This document shows positions 40,601 through 53,621 of a DNA stretch of 64,000 bases, piece after piece; the stretch's first letter is position 1; every line of letters begins with the position of its first letter. Under the pieces are notes generated by a model. That model did no database searches, was not told the origin of the DNA, and saw only the letters and a list, made by a program, of their open reading frames with translations. Origin of the DNA: Octopus bimaculoides (Eukaryota); the NCBI RefSeq assembly GCF_001194135.2, contig NC_068991.1, forward strand, positions 43,359,062-43,423,061, given 5' to 3'. Position numbers and translations under genes: made by a program.

Positions 40601-43600
40601 GAGTTGGTGAGAGCAAGGGTATCCAGCCATAGAAAATCTGCTTCAACACTTATGTTTGAGCCATGAAAGCATGGGAAAGAGGACATTAAATGCTGATGAT
40701 AGGAACATGTTCTAAATTACATTTAGCATTTAATAAGATGCTGGGTTTCAGGGTACTACTGTGAAGACAACCTCACTGTTTTTTTCATTTATACAGTAAT
40801 ACCATTGCTGGAAATTAAAGAATTTAAAAAAGAAACAGAAGTCCTGATTGTGTATATGTGAATGAATGAATAATTCCTCAGCTCCCTAATAAAATGCATT
40901 TAATTATTATCAGAAGTATAACACTTAAGTTTTGATGGATTTGTAATGTTTCATTCTTAAATGGTGCTATTTAATATTACATAGCATACAGCAAATTATT
41001 TCCTTTTTCCTAACATCTGAATATTTAATAACTTGCTCAAATTTTCATGCTCATAACTTTTGATATTCAATTAATAATGAGTGAGAGAAGACAATCCAAT
41101 ATTTATATAGATATAGTAGAGAAAAAGTTCTCTTTAAAACTTGTAGTACTGTTTCTTTGGTCTATCTAACTAATAATAAAGAACAAAATAACATAAATTG
41201 TCAGTTAAGTGGTGCTGCAAATAATAGTTAGGACACAAAAGCAAAACATGAGACACATGTGAACCAACTGACAAAATAGAAGTAAATTTTCAGTTGCTGA
41301 AGTTATTGACCTTTCTGAAAGCAACATCCCATTTTAAAGTAAATTATTGCCATATTTATGCTAAACACAGTCTTTCATATTTTCTCATGTTGATATCAAC
41401 ACAAGTGGTAATAAAAGTAATCAGGGCAAGTTATTAGGAAGTGGGGAAGCAACAGCTGACAAGTATGGTAATTTTGTTTTGCAAAATATAAACATTAAAC
41501 AGTGCTAAACAACAAACAAGTAAGTACTTTAAAGATTTCCTTTTTTTCAGATTAAATCTATGATTAGCATGCATGCCTGTTAAGAGCCATTTCTCTTCAG
41601 TGGAAAAAAATTCTAGAGACAAGAAGAGACACCTACAATATTCTTTTCTACTCTAGACACAAGACCCAAAATATTTGGGAAGGGGGCCAGTTGAATAGAT
41701 TGATCCCAGTACGCAACTGGTATTTAATTTATCAACCCCAAAAGGATGAAAGGCAAAGTTGACCTTGGTGGAATTTGAACTCAGAATGTAAAGACAAATG
41801 AAATACCACTAAGCATTTCACCCGGCGTGCTAACATTTCTGCCAGCTCGCCACCTTTTGACACCTACACTATTATATTTATGACCATGTATGAGTAAACA
41901 CAAATGTATAATATCTCTTAAATACTGAAGAGCATTTAAAAAGAAATATTCTGGTTTCATGACCTTAACCGATCTATGTTACATAATATTCTAGCAAGTC
42001 CTAATCTTAAAAACGGTTTTAGATATGTAGAACTTTACCCAAATACACAATAGAAAGCAGTGGATTTAAACTCAAGATCATAGTCACTAGGGCATTTCAT
42101 TACTGCACGAATGCATTGAACATGTATTAACTTTTCAAAATACTAAAGGCTGTAAATTTTTACTGTAGGAGTTTTTTTTTGATTGAGTTAATTTCAGTAC
42201 ATGACTGCTACTGATTTTATTAATACGAAAGGGATGGTTTGTCTGGCACTCAGTCCATTGATTACTTTTTTGCTAAACTGCTAAGTTGCAAGGATGTAAA
42301 CAAACCTACACCAGTTGTCAAGGAATGAGAAACAAACACAAACATGCATGCACATGCACACACACACACACACACACATGGATTCAATACAGTTTCTTTT
42401 ATTTACCATGTTCACTCATAAGGCATTGGTTGACTTGAGACTATAGAAGATGCAGTACAGCAGGATTGAACCTGAAACCATCTAATTGCAAAGCAAGCTT
42501 CTTACCACAAGACCATGTCTGGTTTTTTGATTATTTCCAAATATGTCATGGAAGCTATTTGCACATTACTCTAAAAGCAATGAGAATTACTTCTGTGTGA
42601 TGATTTAAATTTATTCAGTGCGTACTAAATTCATTAGCTCCTACTCAGTTTATGTAAGTTCTTAATTAGGCTTAATGCTGCCCAAGGCATGAATTAACAT
42701 ACAAATGTTCCCTGAATTTCAAATGTAAGAATTATCTATTTTAATATACAGTTTACTTTAGTCATTTAAAAATATAATAACTGTCACCATTGGTAAACTA
42801 CAGGGGCAAGTTAAACCACTTTACCTATCCATGATACATACAATTACTTTAACAAAGACACATATCTTTTAGTGTTCTTATAAAAATAATCCAATTGAAC
42901 AGCAATGGAGGACTATGAGTCAGCTTTACTATAGCAGATCTATGAAATAAAGGTAACTGATTAAACATTAAGCACTAACAAAAAGGCCTGGTACATTAGG
43001 CATTATATTTTTGTTGGTTTGTTCGGTTTGTGATCATATTGTATACTCATGCAATATTTGGTCTGTGTAAAAGTAAACTGTCTGAGTGAAGGTACATTTC
43101 ATCCAGTTAGTAGGCAAAAACCTATTGTGGTAAGTCTTAGAGATTTGTAGTGGTGACTGGGAATTGACACTTCAGCAAAGTTTAAACCTAAAAAGCAACT
43201 GATCTTGTTGAATATATGAACATTTGAGAAAGAGTGACTTTTACAATGTTGGAGCAGTATTCTGGTGCTTTCAATTTGTTTAGATAAATAATTGAATAGA
43301 CAACATAGACTGAAATCTGACAGTATTTTGGTTTTATCATAAAAAAAGTCATGCCATTTACAACGAAAAGATTTTGTTAATTTATTTGAAACATAAAACA
43401 TTTTCTAGTTCAATATGCTCACAAGATAACTTTAAACAAATAAGCAATAAAAATGCACAAACTTACAATTCTTGTCGAAGTCTCCGCACTTTGGCTTTAC
43501 AATCCGCTAATTCAACAACTAGATGATGTTTCTCCGGACTTCCAGTTGTCCAAGTAGTATTTCCCTCAATCTGTGATTGGTAAATTTCTTGTTCTTGCTT

Positions 43601-46600
43601 AAGTTCCGAAACAGCCTAAATTAATAACAAAAGAGTAGAGTAATTTCAAGTGATATTTTGTAATTACAATAGAGGTAGATGGTGGTTCATCTTACTTCTT
43701 GCAACCAAAGCTGTTTATCTTTCTCAACTCTACTATAAACATCATATACAATCTTTCATTTTACAAACATCACTGAGATGTTCCTTTGCCTTCCTTATAT
43801 TCATGTGGTACAATGCTTCAAGCTCAATATTGACAATATAAATCTTATTTTTCTAACATAGAGGTTATGAACAGGAACTGAATAGTATGTAGGAAATATA
43901 ACATTTCCCTTTACTGTTTAGTAAGAGAGGGAGGGCCAGCACTCATGACTTTTTACTTTCTAAGTACCTCTGAGACAAATGGGAGGAAGCGGAAGTTACC
44001 TACAGACTGGAAATCTGGCCCAAATGCTTGCAACAGGTAAATTCCACTAAAAACACCAAAGGATCAGGTAGTGGTATTAAGCTAGGCAACAGATTAAGTC
44101 TACAACTCAAGAACTTCAAAAATAAAGAAATGGAACATATGCTGTGAGGCATTTTGTCCCATGCTATGTGGATGGTTAAGAGAGAGATGGCTAGCATTTC
44201 AGTTGTTCAGTCTTTTAGAGTTAACACTTAACTATTCAATACAATGAAGCAACAGAGTATGTACAATAAAACAGGTCACAGAATCATGCTATGTGATCAA
44301 AAAGATTCATTATATTAAGGAAAATTCCACTCTTATTAATACCAAGCTTAATCTCTATCAATTAACACTAAGACATATGTGAAGATGATATTGAATGAAA
44401 CAAGGAGAAAAAACAGCTTTTAGATACATTCTTTTTTAAAACGATTTATAAAAGAACAAAAATAGAAAAAAAAGTGTATGAATATATTGGCAAATGAAAC
44501 AAAATTACTTCCATTATAGAGAAATGGCTATAATAAAATAGTTGTGATGTGTCTCTTTCCCAAAAGTATTAATAACCTAGGTAGTTCCAAACAAGAATTG
44601 AAACCTGAATCAGTTCATCAGGAACTTATCGCAAGTAATTCCAAACAAGAAATGAAACCTGAATCACAAGTACAGTTCATCAGAGACTTATCACGTACCC
44701 CAAAGTTCTACAATTTCAGTTGATGAATGAAATTAAATCTTCGCACAAAAATAAATCAAGCTCATGTAAAAGTGTTTGTAGTTATTAAAAAAACAAGACA
44801 AACCATTTCTAAGTGCTTGAATAAGTTATTGAAAGAAAAAAACAAGGGAGAAGAAACTTAGTTAAACAGTATCCTAGAAGTCATTAAATGAACAAATGTC
44901 AAACAAAGCCAAACCTCTGGCTGTAATATTTAAGCCCCTCTCACTCCCTTTCCATAATGTAAAGCAACAATCTAGTTACTCAAGCCAATAAAAGGACAAC
45001 AAAGGGTGCAAAAGTTTGAACAATAGTAATCAGTATATTAGTGCACTTGTATTAAGTATATTTTTGTTTTTTGTTTTTAAGGGAATACAATCAATAGGCA
45101 ATTAGGAAGATTAACTGTAAAGTGCATGGTAATTATGTTGATCATATGCAACTGGGCAATGGAGCAGAACATTTGAAATAAATACAGTAGTGAGTGCATG
45201 GGATGTATCACTGAGTCAATATTTGTTGGAAGGTATAATTTTACTGTAAAAGTGTACAAGATTTTTCTCTTTGTTTACCAAGAAAAGTCAGTCAGTACAT
45301 TTTTTGAGAGAAACAAATTTATAATCTGATCACCTTTTTCAACTTCAAATACATTGTTTTGTAACTCAGAATCCTGGCAGATTGATATAAACTTTCAAAA
45401 GGATAAACAAAACCCTTGTAGTAATTCATCTAAAACAGACATTTTTAATGAGAAAGAAAACTATATGGAATTGTTTTTCAGTGAAGCCATCTCATATTAC
45501 ATCAAAACTATAATGTAACATTAATCTACTGCTTTGTTACAACATAATTCAAGTTGTACCATATGAACTTAATGTCATATTCTATAAGTTTCAGAATCAA
45601 ATTAAAGAAAGCTAAAAAAATGAAGTAGGTTAAATCGTTAAACTCATTTTTAGAAAAATGAATTTTTATTCTCTACAATATTTACACCAACACTAAGTTT
45701 TGATTGATTTGTTCTGCAATTGTCATCAGTTGCTTTATTTCTAAATATGTACACAGTGTGAATCTAAATTCAAATGAAAAATTATTTCTAAACTAAAGAG
45801 TAATAAAGTTCTTATCTTATCGAGGTTAATTGACTGAGAAAATATCATAATAACAACTGGTCTCAGACACCTAGATAGTTAATTGAAAGCCGTGTGTGTG
45901 TAAAAAACATGAAAGCTATGTGTTTAAAGTGTTTTTTGTATTACTTTTGTCCTTAGGCAAGGTAAATTGCTATTTGAACATCAGTGCTGAAACTTCTCAG
46001 GTGAGTTACTATAGTCAGAAAGAGCATTCAGCTATGTAAGTATCTGTTTTAACAAAACATTTAAAATAAGAGATCTATCTATTTTTATGCTGACAAAATA
46101 GTTCTTGGGACTAGTGCTTAAATCAAATTTATAAAATGGTGCCGTTGAAAAGGAGCAAGTAACAGATAGACAGTAAACTACAATAAGTCCTCAATTGTTT
46201 GAGTCTGCAACATACTTTTGATTCTTCATTTAAATTATTTTATATCAAGATTTTCCAAAAAGGAATTAGTAATTCTTTTGGGAAAATCTTAGTTGTCACA
46301 CACCTTCCCTGTCTCTTCCTCTCAAAATTTTAGGTGATCAACTAGAGAAGAAAGAAAATAGTGCACCACTCTAGTCAAAACTTCTTTAAAAATACTATGA
46401 GATCTTGGTAGTTTTGCAGAAGAACTGAATATACAAAATTATTGTGATTTTTTTTTAATATTTAAATTCATCCAAATCCCATTCCAGAGAATTTTTGCAT
46501 ATTCACCTGAAACTATTTAAAACATACTCAACAATTACAATCAACAGAAGTAATTTGCAATTTTATCTAAAATCTTTGGAAATCTTCCAACAAAAAGAAA

Positions 46601-49600
46601 TGATAAATATATTCCATTTGTTTCCTTTAATAAAGTTTATTTATACATCTTGAAGTGTAGTTTCAACCCTAGCAAATTAATGTTAACTCTGAAGTCTTTG
46701 TTATCAGGATGTGAAATGCCCACCAAAATAACTCAAATTACCTCAATACATAACCAGACACATAATCTCTTTATGCTTATTGTCATAGATTGCTCCACAA
46801 ACAAGCAGTTTATAATTAGGAACTACTAACACACCATTCTATATCTGTTTTTCTAGGTCGACATGACCTGATGGGTCATCAGTCTGAGTCTATTCTTATC
46901 TGGAGTCATTGCTATCTTGGATGGATCAGAGACCATATCTTGCTTGTACATTCCATGTTTCAGCATGTTTGCTACAGCAAGAGGGTCTTCTTATTACTGT
47001 GTTGTATCTAGGGAGAGTCATTAGCCAATATTATTAACACACACACTGGTTCAATTCCACTTCTTTATTACAACTGGTCACAGATGTTGTTGGTAGCTAA
47101 AGATCTACACCTGTTAACCACTTTAGATTATATTCATATTTCAACAATTCTATTAATATGGCTACCTTATTAAATTCATTTCCCTACATTACAGAAATCT
47201 TAAGCTTACATTTCCTTTTGTCTTCAGAACCTAAGACCTATTATCATCTGCTTCAATTATGAAGTAAAAAAAAAAAGAAAAAAAGAAAAACAATAATGTA
47301 ACAATGCAAAAGGCTCCTATTCATAAAGATGAAACTATAGGGGGTTGTCATGTTATCAGTAAATGTAGAGCAATGTATGCATAATATTCTGGCACAGACC
47401 ACAGACTTATAAGAAACAGCTGAACATATAATTATATCAGATGTAACTCATTAAAAATGAAACAGTACAACAAGGCAAAGTGAAGGAATTGGCTTAATGT
47501 AGTGACTGCTAAGCAAATTAAAATATTTATATAGAACTAGCTGAGTCACATAATAAAAGAAGAGAAAATAAGTATTTATTTGTTTTAAGACAATTTTTGA
47601 ACTGGATTTGTTGTATACTTTTTTCAATATATAACAATTATAAAGAGAGTTGTATGTAAAATCTTATTAGTTTTATACCAACTTTGACCAGAACTAAGAT
47701 AATGATACTATACGAATATACAAATAACATAACCAAATTTCATTTTCTATCTATACCGAAATTTATGCTTTGTGGATAGTTAAAATAGGCTATTGACACG
47801 CAGTTTGGCAGGTTAAGCATCAAAGGAAAATCCTTTTCTGACATGAGAGTAAAGCAATCCAATTTTATAGAAAAAAATATTGTTTAACATTGGTTTAATG
47901 GTTTTGCAAGACTTGATATCACAAGATGTGATTTGACTAAGTATTTTACAGCAGAAAACATCTTCCATCTGTTTGATCAGTCAAATGTAAAACCAAGTGG
48001 GATACCTACTGACAGAGAGGTGGCCTAATGCCAATCCTCTATGTCAATGTGATTTAGTACGTTATTTCAATCTTTTATATCGTTTTTGTATACTTATGTC
48101 ATATAACCTGTTCCATAATGACAGATTTGAAGAGATAACACTTATTTTTCCATTTAGTTGAAGGAAAAATTATGCCCATAATGATTGGAAGTTCTTTGAG
48201 GCTGGTAAGGTTATTGCAACTGATGTTCACCTTTAAGCCCCATTAGTCGATTAAGGAAATGTAAGCAGGGAAGAGATTCAAGAGTGTTACAGTACTAGAT
48301 AAGAAAAATTTGAAAATATTTTATAAAGGTTTGATTGGTAAAACAAAACCAAGCTGATGAGTGGGGTAGAGGTGGTACATTGCATTCTAGCTCAGAGACA
48401 GAGAGACTGTTACAGTAACAGTAGAGAGAAGAAAGAAAAAGTGTAATTGTGGGTTTTTGGTTTTAGTGAGCTGGTGAATAAATCATTTCCAATTAATTGC
48501 ATAGCTCCTTTGTGGGGAATTGTAGGGTATGTGTGTGTGTGTGTGTGTGAAAGAGAGAGAGAGTGTTGAGTGTGTGTATGGCAGAAATACCATCTACCAC
48601 ATGGAAGCAGTACATAAATATAGGTTGCACTTGAGTTTTGTAGCAACTGACCTGGGAATATATTTTGACACGAGTTGAAGTTTAGCCGTTGGTTTGCCTA
48701 GATGGTGAGAATTCTCTTACCATCAACTTTTGAAAAAGTCTGCAAGAGTTACATTGCTGAATTAGTGACTAATTAGTCAGGAATGTATAACCTATCACTA
48801 TAAATGCATTGAATTTCAGAGAAAGGTGTCTCACTGTCTTTATTATTAGGGAAAAAACCCAGTTTACTTTATAAAAGAAACAAAGCCAACAAAAGTGTTT
48901 AAATTTAAATTATGCCATTATCAAAATATTTCCAGCTATATTATTGCATACCTACTCCAGTAATTAATCTGGCTGCATACGAATAGTATATGCTTCATGG
49001 ACAACTGTTCTTGCTCACTGGATAATTGCCCCACTGGGCAGTTACCTGCTGATATATGTAGGTTGAAGCTGTGTTAGTTTGAAGTTGCAGTGTAGAGTGA
49101 AGTTGTAATAGGACACAATCGCAATGTAGATTGAAGATGCAGTATATGTAGTGTAGATTGTGGCAATTGTCAAAGGGGACAACTGTTAAAGGGAATTTAT
49201 CTAAGAGCAGCTTTCCTCTAAGGACAGCTGTTCAAGGGTAATTGTCAGTACACAAGTATCTGGGGATAATAGTCATGATACCAATACCTAACTTGCTACT
49301 TAACTCAGCAAATTACATTACAGCACATAATCCATATACTTACTTCAGCAAGTTCATCTCTTTCAATGATGAGTTTGTTTAAATGATTAAGAGATTTTTC
49401 CAAATAGACATCCAGTTGCTCAGATGGGCCAGTGGGAAGTACAGTTTGAGTGTCATCAGTTACCTATCCAAAATAAGTGATTACACAAGTTAGTCTAAAA
49501 TTTGAACATTTGTGATAAGTTAATTTACCTTCTCTAGAGCAATAGAATTTTTATTGCTTAGAGATGCTCATAACATTTCAAAGATTATTTTTCAAATATT

Positions 49601-52600
49601 GTTTCCATTTGCTTTTAATTTTTATTAGTTTGCATTGCAAAATTTGCACCAGTGAGACCTAAACACAAAAATATAAAATGCCTATTTTAGCTCTCTAATA
49701 CTTGTATGAATTCACTTCATCATATTTCAAAGATTGATTTCTATTTCATCTTTTAAAAGTGACATTAGGCCCAAAGGTGCACAAATACCAAAGCCAATAT
49801 CAGATTTCTATTTATTATAATTAGTCTCACTGATTAGAAAGAAGATTTTTACAATGAAGGATTGAAGTACAGCAGCTGTCATTAATTAGTCACACTTGTT
49901 AAACTTTGAAAGAATTAACAAGCATGATTAATTTCATTATGCTAAGACCTGAAAAAGCTTTGAAGCCAGTGTAATTGTTTCTCATTATCTCTGATACATC
50001 AGAACATATAAAACATACTTCAATTCATTTTTGTTTTCTTGGTTTTAAAAACCCAACAAGTCAGTTAAGCAATATAATATGTACTTATATACTCTAATAG
50101 CATATCTTGTTGATATTGTAAGTCTCCTTTCTTAAAAAAAAGGAGACTGAAGTTAAGTATTCTGACATACAAAACCATCTTCTCAAATAATGAGTTAAAG
50201 GATAAGCATTAGGTTATTTGTCAATAAGAAAACGAATGCAGGAATGTGCATCATAAATGAAAATCTGATCTACTTAATGGGAAAAAAAAAATTAAGGCTT
50301 ACATTATTAGTAGAATTTAGGAAAGGCTGGAGATATCAATCAATATATATTCTTTTCGAGCATTGGGCCTCACAGAGGCAAAGTGACTGAGTTCCTTTCA
50401 AGTGTTGGACCTCACGGAGGCAAGGTGGCCGAGTTCCTTTCTAGTGTTGGGCCTCGTGGAGGCAATGACCAAGACCTTTGGCATTATGTCATGCTTGAGA
50501 AGAAGACTCATCAAGCCAAGCAAAATCAGTCGTGGCAGATACCGGTGTCATGCAAACTGGCACCCATGCCAGTGGCATGTAAATGCACCCCAGTGTCATG
50601 CAAATGGCACCCGTGCTGGTGGCATGTAAAAGCACTCATTATACTCTCGGAGTGGTTGGTGTAATGAAGGGCATCCAGCTGTAGAAAACCATGCCAAATC
50701 AAACTGGAGCTGGTGCAGCCTTCCAGCATGCCAACCCAGTCAAACCGCCCAACCCATGTCAGCATGAACAATGGACGTTAAATGATGATGATATAAAAAT
50801 CCACATATGCATTCATTTATTCACATATGCACACCACACACAAATATATATGCACACACATACACACACATGCATATACTCAGACATACATGCATAGACA
50901 AGTATAAATATACGTACATATAAATATACATACACAAATATATTTATATTGAACACAGCTAAAACCATATTTGAAATCATCATCATTCTCATTCATTTTA
51001 ATGTCCAAAGTTCCCTGTTATAAACTACAGAAAAAAAACTGTTTCATCTTGTCATTGTAATTATATTTTTCACATTTTTAAAAATAATATTTAACTTACC
51101 TCCTTTATAAGTTCAACAATTGCCTGCTGTACTTTAATATCTAAAGTTTTAATCTTCTCAATGAAGTATTCTTTACGCTCACACTGCACAGCACAACCAA
51201 GTACAAGTAAAAGAGCTTTCTTTAACTCTTCAAAGCTAGCATCTGAAGTGTAGAATGAATAGATATGCATAAGCTTCAACTGAAATGTTAGGATTGAATA
51301 TCTGAAATATCCATTTTGAATAATAATCAAGAAGCATTCATTATAATAGAACAGATTTACAAAATATTAGTAGAATTAATTGACTGAAATCATACTGACA
51401 CATCTTGGTAAAGCATTATTGTTTAACTTAACCCTATAGCATTCAGGTGACTGTCTAATGTAATGCTTATTTATTCACATTGTTTTGAATTAATCACACA
51501 TTAACTCAAATCTTTGAAATTTTGACGATGTGATTATTTTTAGAATGAAATTGTAGGGTAGGTATGAGAGGCTGGATGTAACCAGTTTGAACATAAAACA
51601 GAATATTTGGGTTGGATATGGCCAGTTTAAAAACTAAAGAGTTAATGATTTATCTAGTTACCCAGTTGTAGACTGAGATAAAGTAATTTCTCAGTGTCAC
51701 ATATTAGTGCCAAAAAGAGAAAAAAAAATTGCATTTATCAAAATATGAATAAGCAAAACATTACCAAATCTTTGTTTTTGTATCTGGTTTGCAAGATTCT
51801 TTATGTGAATTCATGTGTTGAAACAAATTTTGTTGTGTCTAGGGAGAGTCATTATGCCAATATGATAAACACACGTAAGGAGTGGAATTGAACCAGTGTA
51901 TGTATTAATCATATTGGCGTAATGACTCTCTCTAGACACAACAAAATTACCAAATCTACCATGAATCAGACAGAATATAAACCAAGGGACTATGTTACTA
52001 TAATTTTTTTGTTGTTATAGTACTACATTTTATTGTATTATTGTTAGGGATATAAATAAATGGTTTTAAATAGAAAATTAAATTTTGTTTATGTAAAAAA
52101 ATAGATAAAATAACAAAAGAGACTGTACTTCACAGAGAAGATGAAAAAGGACCATAACATTTGGTGAAAAGTTGTCCAGGAGAAAACTCGCACAATCCAT
52201 GCAAACAGAAAACCATCATTATTACTTTTTGCATCCATTTTCCAAGCTGGTATAGGTTGAACAGGTCATGATGAGCCAGCTTTATGGTGTGATTCTACAG
52301 TTGGATGCCCTTTCTAACACCAAATTGCATCTGCTATTAAAAATATACATCTAACCCATGCTAGGACAGAAGAACAGAGACCAAAGTGAATGAATAGACA
52401 GCAACACTAGAGAGGTTATCATGCCCTCAGCAAGACTGAAGAATTATCTTGATCCTATGTCTGCTTAATTTTGCTAACTACTTTACAGAGTGTACTGAGG
52501 GTATTTTATAATAGAACCAGTGCTAGCCAAGTGACCTTCCATCTCATAAAATTGAAGAGCCCTCACTACACTATAAAGAAGAATAGAAGAGAGGGTAATG

Positions 52601-52938
52601 ACAGATTTTGAATTTAGGGTGAGATGTGAGAGAAGTGAAAGTATGATAGGAGGAGTAGAGTTACTGATATGAAAGGGCAATAGAGAACAGTAACAGAAGA
52701 GATAGTATAGTGAGAGTAAAGGAAGAGACAGTAATGTTAAGGTCTGATGAGAGCAAAGTAGTTATTGATTTGGTGATTAAAAAGGGAGCAATTGAAGGAG
52801 AGTTGATGAGATGGGTAATGGTAAGAGAAGCGTGTTGTCTGTTAATCATAACTTTGGAGAGAAAGAGTGGGGTGAAAGCTAATAAAAGTCTGCGAGTGGA
52901 GGAAAAGATCCCTCATTTCACAGGCATTGTAGTATGGA

Positions 52939-53008
<70 letters not shown>

Positions 53009-53584
53009 GGATAGTGTAGGGAGGTTTGAATAGGGAAAAAAATTTAGTGCATGTGAGCAGCATGGTACTGTAATTATGAGGAGAATGGAGAAGGTTGAAT
53101 GAAATTAAGAGAGAGAGAGGGAGAGAAAGATAAGAGGGGTCAGGAAGATAGAGGTGCAATAAGAAGAGGTTGATAGAGAAGAGAAGCAGGAGAATGTCAC
53201 AGAAGCAAGGGTAGCAGAGAGTATGTGAGGAGGGGGTACTCATTGCTAACTCACTCTAGCATTCTCTTCAGCATGCTTGCATAGAAAAGTGAGTCTTCAC
53301 TAGCAGTGTGCATCTCCATTCATTGCAGTACTTTGTCATCTTTTTCATAAGATTCAGCATCTTGACAACTTAATCCCATGTCTTACTAAGTATCCATATT
53401 CCATGGGTTCTACTTCCTTTGAGCATTCATCACTTTTCTTTTTGCAGCTATCATCATCAGGATGCATCATATGCCAATACCTGTGCAAGCTTCTCTCTTT
53501 CATATGTAAAAGTGATGGTAATGGTGATAAAGACGATGATGTGTAATATCTTGGCTATTATATTCATATTAAATTTATCTACTG

Positions 53585-53621
<37 letters not shown>

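Noticed and set aside
52480-53240. Purine-rich block as a LINE endonuclease remnant
   Set aside because: Low-complexity translations around a (GA)n tract; no diagnostic motif found.
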